From: a virus
Lineage: Duplodnaviria > Heunggongvirae > Uroviricota > Caudoviricetes
DNA: 64,000 bases
IMG/VR virus record: IMGVR_UViG_3300031992_004563
Coordinates: 96,001-160,000 of that record
Reading direction: 5' to 3' (one strand)
Position numbers and translations under genes: made by a program. Below are positions 53,167 through 62,216 of this stretch, piece after piece (the stretch's first letter is position 1; the number at the start of each line of letters is the position of its first letter). The notes beneath the pieces were generated by a model that did not search any database, was not told the origin of the DNA, and was given only the letters and a program-made list of their open reading frames with translations.

Positions 53167-53621
53167 AAAAAAGTTGGTTATATTATGGAGTATTTTTCTC
53201 CGACAAAACTAAAAGAGCACTTTTAGATTATGCCAAAAAATGGATGGATAGATATACATGTTCATCTGATCATACATTTGAATTTAGAGATGATTGGAAA
53301 ATCTATTGTGACCATATGACATTAGTTTTTAATGATGGTTCAGAAAAAGCACAAGAAGATGCCAATTTCTATGAAAATATATTTTCAATGTTATGTGAAG
53401 TAGTTAGTTTGAGAATTACTCATATTGGTATATCTGATAAAGCTATTGCACTTAAAGTAGATTATCAAACATCCAATGAGATTTCTCATATTACTGTTGC
53501 AGTTGCTCCTGGTGTTAAACCAGTTGAAAGTAATAATATTAAAAATTGGTATGAAACTGATGGTGCATTTTATGTAAGTGGCCAAGTTCATAAAGTAGAA
53601 ACAAGTGTTAAAATAAAATAA
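53163..53621 (+). CDS. 2H phosphoesterase (tRNA-ligase phosphodiesterase-like)
   Basis: Two HxT motifs (HMTL, HITV) and KPVESN. Confidence 0.75.
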   Translation: MKKSWLYYGVFFSDKTKRALLDYAKKWMDRYTCSSDHTFEFRDDWKIYCDHMTLVFNDGSEKAQEDANFYENIFSMLCEVVSLRITHIGISDKAIALKVDYQTSNEISHITVAVAPGVKPVESNNIKNWYETDGAFYVSGQVHKVETSVKIK

Positions 53622-53623
53622 TC

Positions 53624-54040
53624 ATGAAAAAGAATCAAACAAAACTAACGTGGCAAGATGTTTATAAGCTTCCACTGAGACAAGAAGAAGCTGCGCCTTT
53701 TATGGTTATGACAGCTGATAATCAACGTGCATTTGATTTTGAATGGCCGGCATTGGATACATATGAAAAAGATTCGCATATTGATGGTAAATCTATTTTA
53801 GTTATTATTGAAAAGCTAAATGGTAATAATAGCATTATCTTAGAGAATTATTATAATTTTAGTTATCATGATGGTGAGATTTGGGCATTTAGCACTAAAG
53901 CTAAAAAGAAAAAACATATTATGCTAATTCGTGGATGGGGACATCTTACTGGAACTGGTGGTTTGCATCTTTCTGAAAGCGCTGCTGCAAAAATTCAAGA
54001 TGATTTTGGTAACTTTATTGTTGAAACTTTAAATCATTAA
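53624..54040 (+). CDS. hypothetical protein
   Basis: IRGWGHLTGTGGL.L....A..IQD motif. Confidence 0.75.
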   Translation: MKKNQTKLTWQDVYKLPLRQEEAAPFMVMTADNQRAFDFEWPALDTYEKDSHIDGKSILVIIEKLNGNNSIILENYYNFSYHDGEIWAFSTKAKKKKHIMLIRGWGHLTGTGGLHLSESAAAKIQDDFGNFIVETLNH

Positions 54041-54045
54041 TTGCC

Positions 54046-54180
54046 ATGGAAGAAAAATTAGAAAAAGTGAATACTCTAATTTCTTTGGGATTTAAAAAGA
54101 CATCAGATTGTAAATTAAACAATATTAAATTATCATTTGGCGGTGTTAATTCATCTCAAATAGAAGTTGTAGTACGTTAA
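54046..54180 (+). CDS. small hypothetical protein (44 aa)
   Basis: MEEKLEKVNTLISLGF...; fills the gap. Confidence 0.45.
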   Translation: MEEKLEKVNTLISLGFKKTSDCKLNNIKLSFGGVNSSQIEVVVR

Positions 54181-54213
54181 TATTGATAAATTAGTAATTT
54201 AATTCGTAACAAT

Positions 54214-54372
54214 ATGGCAAATATAGATTTAACAAAAATCCCCACGTGGGTACTCAGAACACAATTAATGTCTATATATGGTGATGGTAAATACACAGAA
54301 ACACCAGAATATAGAAAAGCATATAAAGAGATACAATCAGAATTAAAAAGACGTTCAACTATTAATCAATAA
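54214..54372 (+). CDS. small hypothetical protein (52 aa)
   Basis: MANIDLTKIPTWVLR...IQSELKRR; ends 4 nt before the next ATG. Confidence 0.6.
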   Translation: MANIDLTKIPTWVLRTQLMSIYGDGKYTETPEYRKAYKEIQSELKRRSTINQ

Positions 54373-54376
54373 TATT

Positions 54377-54604
54377 ATGCAAGAAGAAACTTGGATGAGG
54401 CAAAAGCTTATGGATGAAGAAGGTTATAAGCCTTATTGTGGAAATCCCAATTGTCCTGAAATGCCTAGAACATATTTTAGTTTAAGGAGAAAACAATTTA
54501 TTTGTCCGTGTTGTGGGTGGGAAAGCAAATATCCAAAAGATTTTGTTAAAAGATATATTAAAAAATGGAATATTTATATACCTAAAGAATATTTAAATAA
54601 TTAA
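54377..54604 (+). CDS. zinc-ribbon protein
   Basis: PYCG..C..MPRT...QFICPCCGW. Confidence 0.7.
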   Translation: MQEETWMRQKLMDEEGYKPYCGNPNCPEMPRTYFSLRRKQFICPCCGWESKYPKDFVKRYIKKWNIYIPKEYLNN

Positions 54605-54608
54605 AATT

Positions 54609-54875
54609 ATGAAAGTAAAATTTATAAATGAAGTATTCAATACTTCAAAAGAGGTAGAATTTAATCCTAAAGAGATTGCCAAGAAATATCTTGAGGAAAA
54701 TAAAAATGATCATACATCAGTTATTAATGATCTTAGTTTTGGTGGATATTATGAAGAGGATTTAACTTCTTATATTGAAGAACTTTTAAATGAAACTGCA
54801 GAAAATGATTATACATATGATTTTGAAGATTATATGAATCTTATGGAAGCAGTAAAAGATTGTATTATACATTAA
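54609..54875 (+). CDS. hypothetical protein
   Basis: ORF in operon packing. Confidence 0.7.
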   Translation: MKVKFINEVFNTSKEVEFNPKEIAKKYLEENKNDHTSVINDLSFGGYYEEDLTSYIEELLNETAENDYTYDFEDYMNLMEAVKDCIIH

Positions 54876-54887
54876 AAATTAAAAATT

Positions 54888-55502
54888 ATGGAAGAAAATA
54901 AAAAATTAGTAATGGGTCATGTAATCCTTTACGCAAAGGGCTGGTATAAACGTAGTAATGAAGTATGGAAAGATTATCGCCGTGCTATTATTTGTGATGG
55001 GCGATATACCGCATATACCCGTCATGATGTTGCTCAATTGCTTTTAGCTTATATTCTTGAAAATGCTACAAAGCTAAATAAAGGACATCTTTCTGATCCT
55101 CTTTACATTTCCGAAGAAATTCGTAAAAATCTTGGTTATCTTTATTATTGGAAAGAGAATGATACATCAAAACTAAAGAAACGCCGTGGTATGGATCTTG
55201 AAAATATTGATGCAGAAGGCATGTATGATAATGCGGTTATTATGACATGTCATTATATTATGGAGTTTTCTGATGTAAGCGTATTTGATAAGATTTTAGC
55301 ACCATCTGAAAAAGTAATGCCATTGAAACATCCTGAGCCAGATTATAAAAATGAATTATTTGATGGTAAAAACTGGTTTGATGATGAAAATAATGATACT
55401 AAATGGTTTTATGAGCATTTTGATAGAAATCATAATTTAAAAGATGCCATTAAAGATAAGGAATTGGTGTATTTAGATGAAGATGAAACAATAGCAGCAT
55501 AA
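54888..55502 (+). CDS. hypothetical protein
   Basis: 204-aa ORF. Confidence 0.75.
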   Translation: MEENKKLVMGHVILYAKGWYKRSNEVWKDYRRAIICDGRYTAYTRHDVAQLLLAYILENATKLNKGHLSDPLYISEEIRKNLGYLYYWKENDTSKLKKRRGMDLENIDAEGMYDNAVIMTCHYIMEFSDVSVFDKILAPSEKVMPLKHPEPDYKNELFDGKNWFDDENNDTKWFYEHFDRNHNLKDAIKDKELVYLDEDETIAA

Positions 55503-55531
55503 TTTTATATAATTATAAATTTTGATAATAT

Positions 55532-55744
55532 ATGGTACGCGAACTTAGAACATTAGTCGTTACAGAAGAACGACACCCAAATGAAACAGATGTTTGGGAT
55601 GCATGGAACTTTGCAAATGAGAAACACTGTTATGTTGAACTTAAATGGTTTGTTCCTCATTATGGTTGGAAAGTTTGGTTTATTGATCCAGATAAAAACA
55701 CTATTGAGGAAATGCTACAAAACCTGCATATAATGGGAGATTGA
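55532..55744 (+). CDS. hypothetical protein
   Basis: 70-aa ORF. Confidence 0.65.
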   Translation: MVRELRTLVVTEERHPNETDVWDAWNFANEKHCYVELKWFVPHYGWKVWFIDPDKNTIEEMLQNLHIMGD

Positions 55745-55748
55745 TATT

Positions 55749-56126
55749 ATGGAAGTAACATTTATTGAAAAACATAACTATAAAGCAGATATTGATTTTA
55801 ATGCAATTAAACGTTGCATTAAAATTGATTTAGAAAAGAAATATCAAGAAACCGAGATTTCAGGTGAAATGATATATTCTGCATTTATAAAAAATCCAGA
55901 ATATTATCTTACTCATCTTGGTTATTTGTCTAAATTATCAGATGTAAATGATAATTATACAGTTATAAAAACTATCATGGATAAGTTTTTTATATTCTGT
56001 ATGCAAAATACACAACCATGTTTTTATGTTCTTAAAGGCGGTGAAGTATTAGCAAGTTATGAGGATAAAGATATGGCAAAACTTTATGCTCACCGAATGG
56101 ATGGATACATAATTGAAGTAAAATAA
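55749..56126 (+). CDS. hypothetical protein
   Basis: 125-aa ORF. Confidence 0.7.
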   Translation: MEVTFIEKHNYKADIDFNAIKRCIKIDLEKKYQETEISGEMIYSAFIKNPEYYLTHLGYLSKLSDVNDNYTVIKTIMDKFFIFCMQNTQPCFYVLKGGEVLASYEDKDMAKLYAHRMDGYIIEVK

Positions 56127-56129
56127 GTT

Positions 56130-56555
56130 ATGGGAATAATTCATAATATAGCATTATTTTTTGGTTATGCATTTTTAATTTTAATATGCATAGGAGTTTT
56201 ATGGTCAATATTTTATTGGATTCGTCATTTTTGTAAAATAATTGGAATTTATATTACCACAAACTTTTCAAAAATCAAAGATAATGGATACACATATAGA
56301 ATTGAGTATAAGTATCTAAACTATAATTGCTTTATGTTTGATGCATTTAAAGATTGGTTTTATGTAATAAGACGAAAATCATCTTGTGAAAGACAAATTG
56401 AATATCTTAAATCATCAAATTTAAAATCAAATTGTCCTGATAAATTTGGAATTGATAAAGACAATTATGGATATGATATTTGTAAGTATAAAACATTTAA
56501 TGAAGCTAAAAATGTTTTAGATAATTGGCTAGCAACTAACAAGGAAACATTATAA
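56130..56555 (+). CDS. membrane-anchored hypothetical protein
   Basis: N-terminal hydrophobic stretch IALFFGYAFLILICIGVLWSIFYWI. Confidence 0.7.
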   Translation: MGIIHNIALFFGYAFLILICIGVLWSIFYWIRHFCKIIGIYITTNFSKIKDNGYTYRIEYKYLNYNCFMFDAFKDWFYVIRRKSSCERQIEYLKSSNLKSNCPDKFGIDKDNYGYDICKYKTFNEAKNVLDNWLATNKETL

Positions 56556-57130
56556 TGAATTTAAAATCAAAAATAGATGAACCATTTTCCGTAGCAGGAA
56601 CGGTATCAAATAAGATTTTAATATTTGATATTGATGATACGCTTATATATAGTAATGCAACTATATATGTAGTGAAAGATGGTAAACGAATTAAAGAACT
56701 TACTCCGGCTGAATATAATGAATATGTTTGGCAGGAAGGTGAGTCCTTTGATTATTCTAATTTTGATTCTTCTAAATTATTAAATAGTGCCAATTTTACA
56801 AAATATTGGGATACATTAAAACGAGAATATGCAAAAGGAACACATATTGCAATATTAACTGCAAGAGGCAAACCAGTAATGATTAGAAAATTCTTTTTGA
56901 ATAATGGGATTGATATTAAAGATGATTTGATATTTTGTTGTGCATATTCAAAATTTCCTTGGAAAGGCCCAATTCAATATAAAAAAGCAAAAGTTATTGA
57001 ATACTTAATGCTACTTGGATATAATACATTCGTATTTTTTGATGATAATTTAAATAATCTTAAAAGCGCAAAACAACTTGAAGAATTATACCCAGCAATA
57101 AAAATAATAACAGTTCATGCAAAAATTTAA
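56555..57130 (+). CDS. HAD-superfamily phosphatase
   Basis: IFDIDDTL, ILTARG, K, FFDD...NL. Confidence 0.85.
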   Translation: MNLKSKIDEPFSVAGTVSNKILIFDIDDTLIYSNATIYVVKDGKRIKELTPAEYNEYVWQEGESFDYSNFDSSKLLNSANFTKYWDTLKREYAKGTHIAILTARGKPVMIRKFFLNNGIDIKDDLIFCCAYSKFPWKGPIQYKKAKVIEYLMLLGYNTFVFFDDNLNNLKSAKQLEELYPAIKIITVHAKI

Positions 57131-57698
57131 TAAGATTATGGAAAAAACTAATGAAAAAGACGCCAATATTTCTATTGGTAAATATGGTGTAGAATATATT
57201 GATTTAAGTACACCGGAGGTTCAAGGCAAATTTGGACATGATAGAATTGACGCATTAACTAAACCTGGATATTATAAACTTCCATTTAGAACATATATGC
57301 CAGATGGAATAAGAAATATTGTTGTAAATGTTGTAAGCGTTTTTTCTTGTGAGCATTTGGATCAAAATATTGTATGTTATGATGGTGATTTTACGTGGGT
57401 ATTTTATTACAATGGAAGTGAACGTTGTTTTAAACCTAATTGGGAGGATGATCCATTAGAGGATGTATATAATTGGATGGATTTGGAACGTGCTGAAGAA
57501 GATTATGAGGATGACATTGAAATTAATGCAATTAATCCAGATTATGAAAAATGGTGGAAATGTATGACTATGCCATTGCAGGATGTTCCACAAGAAGATT
57601 TGGAATGGGCTGCAAGTCAAGACCAATTTAATTCTTATACTTCTAAGAATGGATTTTTAGCTGAAATTGAAAGGAGAAAAAATAATGGCAACATTTAA
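57117..57698 (+). CDS. hypothetical protein
   Basis: 193-aa ORF; start could be 57138. Confidence 0.7.
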   Translation: MQKFNKIMEKTNEKDANISIGKYGVEYIDLSTPEVQGKFGHDRIDALTKPGYYKLPFRTYMPDGIRNIVVNVVSVFSCEHLDQNIVCYDGDFTWVFYYNGSERCFKPNWEDDPLEDVYNWMDLERAEEDYEDDIEINAINPDYEKWWKCMTMPLQDVPQEDLEWAASQDQFNSYTSKNGFLAEIERRKNNGNI

Positions 57699-58407
57699 AT
57701 TTAAAATAACACTAGATTGTGGGTATTCATATATTCATAAAATTTCTGCAAGTAATAAATTAGATGCATTTGCAAAAATTAAAGCATTTATTAAATCAAG
57801 ATATGCAAGTCCTGATTTTATTAAATATGAACTTACAAACATTTATAAAACGAGCAATATTATGAATAATGACAAAACTGAAAATATAATCAATTATGAT
57901 TATGAAGGATGGCCAGAGTATAAAAAATCTATTAAGGATTTAATTATTGCTTTTGGTGGAGTTTATAATAAAGAGACTAAAAAATGGGAAATTCCTGATA
58001 GTGGAGATCTTAATACATGCCCAATACTTATAGAAGATGATGGTATGGGGTATGGTGTTAATGAACGCTATATTATACATGTTGATTTTGATAGAGTGTC
58101 TCAGATTTGTCATGTTTGGCATGATGCTGAACTTAAGTATGCACCAATTTATGCAGAACTTGGTGTTCATCCAGGTGCAATAGTTAAAATAAATGGTGAA
58201 GAATATACAATTGAAGATATAATTGTAGAAGATCAAGAACAAGGCAAAATAAAGATTCAAGCAGCCGTATGGGACTTTAAAGCACTTGAGAAAGCACATA
58301 AAAATAAAGAGAAATATACTCCAAAACGAGAGTTATTTGATCCTGAAATTATTGAAAAAAGTGTTAAAGGTGATATAGTAAATATCGATTCTCATGAAAT
58401 TGAATAA
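57685..58407 (+). CDS. hypothetical protein
   Basis: Track ORF 57667..58407; ATG at 57685. Confidence 0.7.
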   Translation: MATFKFKITLDCGYSYIHKISASNKLDAFAKIKAFIKSRYASPDFIKYELTNIYKTSNIMNNDKTENIINYDYEGWPEYKKSIKDLIIAFGGVYNKETKKWEIPDSGDLNTCPILIEDDGMGYGVNERYIIHVDFDRVSQICHVWHDAELKYAPIYAELGVHPGAIVKINGEEYTIEDIIVEDQEQGKIKIQAAVWDFKALEKAHKNKEKYTPKRELFDPEIIEKSVKGDIVNIDSHEIE

Positions 58408-58418
58408 TAAATATTCAA

Positions 58419-58835
58419 ATGGATTAGAAACTTTATCGAAATATTATATGTGCAGTTTCCCAGAGCGTCAAAAAGATGCTTTAGGAATCTGACGTTTTTA
58501 CAAATGATAATGAACTAAATGAAGATTTAGTTATTAGTCAAACAATGAGAGAAAAATATCCTGGTTTAAATGATGAATTAGTTATTGAATTAAAAAATCG
58601 TTTGAAAAAGGGAGAAGTTAAATTCTCATTTAGAAAATTAAATGATAAATTAAGACGAGCCAGAGGAACAGTTGATTTAAATACTATTCTTAAAGAAAAT
58701 CCAGATTTTGGAGAATGGGATAAAGAATATCAACCACTTAAATTAAAAAATCCATATGTAATTAGGTATTATGATCTGGATAAGAAAAATTGGCGAAGTT
58801 GTGATGTTAGTAGATTATTAATTATTATAGAATGA
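58419..58835 (+). CDS. DUF2693/WYL-like SH3 beta-barrel protein with a TAG-containing N-terminal extension (138 aa, 2 TAG)
   Basis: MD*KLYRNIICAVSQSVKKML*ES in frame with 58545; GEVKFSFRK.N...R.ARGT...YYDLDKKNWRS. Confidence 0.75.
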
Positions 58836-58872
58836 AAAAGAGGAGAAAATTAAATTTTCCTCTTTTTATTTT
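58836..58872 (+). terminator. intrinsic terminator
   Basis: aaagagga.aaaat...attttcctctttt. Confidence 0.7.
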
Positions 58873-58877
58873 CTATT

Positions 58878-58904
58878 AAACTTTTCAAAAATTTTATTTA
58901 CAAT
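58878..58904 (+). promoter_or_regulatory. putative phage promoter AAACTTT-N14-TACAAT
   Basis: Variant of the recurrent motif immediately after a terminator. Confidence 0.55.
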
Positions 58905-58927
58905 AATTAAAAAATTTTATATTTTTT

Positions 58928-59644
58928 ATGGAACCAAAAGATTTAGTTGGAAAATATGTCCATTTTAAAGATAATCCACATCTTAGTATATCTACACTAA
59001 ATGGCGGACTTACATTATTATCACCAACATCATTATTTTATTTAAAAATAGAAACTGCTGAAAAATATAAAGATACTCAATTTATTTTATTAACTGGAAC
59101 ACTTGTTAATAGTTTTGGAGAGCCTCAGTTATTTTCTAATGAATTTATAAATCCGTCAGATTTTGATATGAATGGTGGCAAAGCGGATGATGAAATACAA
59201 CCAATAATTGCACATATTGCAAATCCAGATTTTCTTGAAGTTGACGAAATTGATGATGGAATTATTATATATGAATTTGATTCGAAAAATAATGTTTTTA
59301 AACAATATAAAGAAAAAATATATGTTCCATGTATAGTAAGTCGTGATGAATTGTCTAAACTATTTACTGAAGAAAATGGTTTGTCTTTTAGATATTTTTT
59401 TGGTTTGCCTTTTGTCTGTTTACCTGTTATATATGATAATAATGATGAAGGAAAAGTTATTTGTTATGGAACAACTATTTTTCAAAATGGCGATAAAACA
59501 TATAAACATAATTTAGTACAATTATATTATTCAAAAACCCAAAATCTAGTTGAATATGGATTAATTATTTCTAAATATTTAGATATTCCTTTTTATTATG
59601 GACAATTAGATTTTGACAAAAGTCTATTAGGACTAAAAATTTAA
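58928..59644 (+). CDS. hypothetical protein
   Basis: 238-aa ORF. Confidence 0.75.
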   Translation: MEPKDLVGKYVHFKDNPHLSISTLNGGLTLLSPTSLFYLKIETAEKYKDTQFILLTGTLVNSFGEPQLFSNEFINPSDFDMNGGKADDEIQPIIAHIANPDFLEVDEIDDGIIIYEFDSKNNVFKQYKEKIYVPCIVSRDELSKLFTEENGLSFRYFFGLPFVCLPVIYDNNDEGKVICYGTTIFQNGDKTYKHNLVQLYYSKTQNLVEYGLIISKYLDIPFYYGQLDFDKSLLGLKI

Positions 59645-59656
59645 AATAATTATAAA

Positions 59657-60637
59657 ATGAAATACGAGATAGAAATTAATAATGAAGTAAAAACAGTTGA
59701 AGTAAAGGATAAACAAGTTATTCTCCTTCTTCAAGGCTGTCCTGCATCTGGAAAATCTACATTTGCAGAAAAATTATTCCAAGCATCTAAAGAACATGAA
59801 AATACTTTAGAAGATCACAAAAACAAATTTGTGATTGTTTGTCGTGATGATATTCGGACAGCTAAAGGAATTGACCAACGAGATTTTTCAAGAGAAAATG
59901 AAGTAACTAAAGAACAAATGAGACAGATTCATGAAATTATGGATCTTGGATATTCTGTTATTGTTGCTGATACTAACCTTAATCCAAAATACTTCCATAT
60001 TTGGGATGAACTTGCTAAAGAATATAATGCAGAAGTTCAAAAGCTTTTAATTTATATTCCATATTGGGAAGCAGTTAAGCGTGATAAAGCTAGAGATCGC
60101 CATGTTGGACATAGAGCAATTGAAAAATTTTATAGATTATATTTTCCAGATAGATTAAAAGAAGAATTAACAGATAAACGCCCAATTAATGAATCATATA
60201 GCATGATGGCAGAAGATTGTGTTATTTGTGATCTTGATGGAACTATTGCATTGCATCAAGGAAGATCTCCATATGAATGGGATAAAATTCCTTCAGATAA
60301 AATGGATGTTAGAATGGCACGTATACTTCAAAATTATTATGAACAAGGTGTTAATATTATCTTTTTATCAGGTCGTCCAGAACATGTGTATGCAACAACA
60401 ATGCAATGGCTTAATGATTCATTAGATAAATTAGGATTTGATTTAAATTATCAATTAATTTTAAGATCGGAAACTGATAATAGAAAAGGCGCAATAACCA
60501 AAAAAGATTTATATGAAAAATTAATTGCTGAACATGGTTATAATGTCCTTTGTGTATTTGAAGATTCTAATTCTTGTGTTGAAATGTGGAGAAGTCTTGG
60601 TCTATTAACTTGCCAAGTAGCAAATGGAGATTATTAA
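59657..60637 (+). CDS. pseT: polynucleotide 5'-kinase/3'-phosphatase (T4 PseT-like)
   Basis: GCPASGKST, RDDIR, DTNLNP; HAD domain DLDGT, SGR, FED...V.MWRSLGL...QVA.GDY. Confidence 0.92.
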   Translation: MKYEIEINNEVKTVEVKDKQVILLLQGCPASGKSTFAEKLFQASKEHENTLEDHKNKFVIVCRDDIRTAKGIDQRDFSRENEVTKEQMRQIHEIMDLGYSVIVADTNLNPKYFHIWDELAKEYNAEVQKLLIYIPYWEAVKRDKARDRHVGHRAIEKFYRLYFPDRLKEELTDKRPINESYSMMAEDCVICDLDGTIALHQGRSPYEWDKIPSDKMDVRMARILQNYYEQGVNIIFLSGRPEHVYATTMQWLNDSLDKLGFDLNYQLILRSETDNRKGAITKKDLYEKLIAEHGYNVLCVFEDSNSCVEMWRSLGLLTCQVANGDY

Positions 60638-60639
60638 TT

Positions 60640-60837
60640 ATGAGTAATAAAGAATTAAAAAGATGTCATTACATTTATAAAAAGAAAAATGAATGGGATG
60701 AGTCACTAAGTGAATCTGAACAAAAGTTTTTAGATGAACATTTTGATGAATATTGGAATTCAGATTGGAGAATATCTGAAATTAGTTCAGAAGTTATGAA
60801 TAGAAATATTTTAAAAGAAATGGGTTATTGCTTATGA
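60640..60837 (+). CDS. hypothetical protein
   Basis: ATG at 60640 within track ORF 60586..60837. Confidence 0.6.
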   Translation: MSNKELKRCHYIYKKKNEWDESLSESEQKFLDEHFDEYWNSDWRISEISSEVMNRNILKEMGYCL

Positions 60838-61058
60838 TTTGTTGGCTAGCTAGAGAAAAGGATGGAAGATTATATATGTTTAGAGATGAACCAAAACTTA
60901 CATTTATTGATTTAGATACAAGTGAACATTATGATACTGGAAATTGTGATTATGAATGGGATTTATCTCAGGAACATATAGAATTGCATCCAAATACATA
61001 TTTAAAAGTTCTTAAAGGAACAAAAAGAAAAATAGATTGTAAAATTAAATTATTATAA
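60834..61058 (+). CDS. hypothetical protein
   Basis: WLAREKDGRLYMF..EP motif. Confidence 0.65.
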   Translation: MICWLAREKDGRLYMFRDEPKLTFIDLDTSEHYDTGNCDYEWDLSQEHIELHPNTYLKVLKGTKRKIDCKIKLL

Positions 61059-61059
61059 T

Positions 61060-61254
61060 ATGAGTAAAGGCAAACCAAGACATAATCCTTATAAGTCAGC
61101 AAATATGACAAATCCGCATTGTCCTTGTTATGAGGTAATCAATGGCAAAGGCTATTGTTCAAGTAATGGCCCAGCTAATCCTAAATGTGGCGGTAATGTT
61201 CATAATTGTGTAAAAGTTCAATATCAACAACTAGCAATAAAAAATAATAAGTAA
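61060..61254 (+). CDS. small Cys-rich protein
   Basis: C.C...C...CGGNVHNC. Confidence 0.6.
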   Translation: MSKGKPRHNPYKSANMTNPHCPCYEVINGKGYCSSNGPANPKCGGNVHNCVKVQYQQLAIKNNK

Positions 61255-61255
61255 T

Positions 61256-61438
61256 ATGGCAAGTAGAATAGGAGTATATCCAAACATACCAATGGCTGAA
61301 ATTGTAACACTTGGAGATGATGGAAATTATTACATAGAAGATGCTTTCGGACATAAACGTATGTTGTGGGAATGGGAAGTGCAAGAATTACCACCAAGTT
61401 TTAATAAAGAAAATGGGCATATAGATTATGAAAAATGA
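61256..61438 (+). CDS. hypothetical protein
   Basis: 60-aa ORF in operon packing. Confidence 0.6.
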   Translation: MASRIGVYPNIPMAEIVTLGDDGNYYIEDAFGHKRMLWEWEVQELPPSFNKENGHIDYEK

Positions 61439-61518
61439 AAAAATTGGTTCATTGAAATTTTATGAACTTTTTACTGAAATGGCAAGAAAACAAGGCAAAC
61501 TACATGTAATAGATTTAA

Positions 61519-61722
61519 ATGAATTTTGCAAGCATGAAAAAGATGGAACTAATTGAAGAACATAATAAAGATTTAAAAAGATATGGTAAATCTATTTTAT
61601 CACATGAAGATGATGAAAATGATTCAATGAAAGATTATAAATTTTCTATTTCTCAACATGATGATGAAAGCTATTATGGAAGTGATGATTATTATGAGCC
61701 TATGAGGCATTTTAAAGATTAA
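61519..61722 (+). CDS. hypothetical protein (start uncertain)
   Basis: 67-aa ORF. Confidence 0.5.
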   Translation: MNFASMKKMELIEEHNKDLKRYGKSILSHEDDENDSMKDYKFSISQHDDESYYGSDDYYEPMRHFKD

Positions 61723-61738
61723 AAATGATTTTAAAAAT

Positions 61739-61984
61739 ATGATGGATAATTATAAAAATATGAATATTAAAATTGAAGAGAATTCAATTTTAATAAATGA
61801 AAATGAATATAAACAAAATGAAATTAAAGGCGTTCTTAGGCAACCTATTGATAAAGAACTTCATGAAAAATATAATAAAAAATATTTAATATTAACAAAT
61901 AGTAATAGCCCAATTGCAAAAGATGGAATCAATAAGGTATTTTGGTCAGAACATTTTCAAACATATGTTGCAAGTGAATGGTAA
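61739..61984 (+). CDS. hypothetical protein
   Basis: 81-aa ORF. Confidence 0.6.
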   Translation: MMDNYKNMNIKIEENSILINENEYKQNEIKGVLRQPIDKELHEKYNKKYLILTNSNSPIAKDGINKVFWSEHFQTYVASEW

Positions 61985-62004
61985 AATATTAAAAAATAAA
62001 ATAT

Positions 62005-62202
62005 ATGGAAAAGATAATTAAAGATTCAATTGAAGAAAGTTATAGAGACTACCAAGAGGGTTCTATTGGAATGGATGAAAATGAGCACTGGGCCCATGAG
62101 GAAGGATGGAAAGATGGTTATGAATGGATTCTTACCGAGTTAACAATCAATAATGAAATCTCTCCAGAAATTATGAAAAAATACATGGATAAAATTTATT
62201 AA
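62005..62202 (+). CDS. hypothetical protein
   Basis: 65-aa ORF. Confidence 0.6.
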   Translation: MEKIIKDSIEESYRDYQEGSIGMDENEHWAHEEGWKDGYEWILTELTINNEISPEIMKKYMDKIY

Positions 62203-62216
62203 AAATACTAAAAATT

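Noticed and set aside
61479-61722. Possible frameshift joining MARKQGKLHVIDLNEFCKHEK to MELIEEHNKD at an A5 run
   Set aside because: There is no paralog or known family to support it; it cannot be distinguished from chance without reads or homologs.
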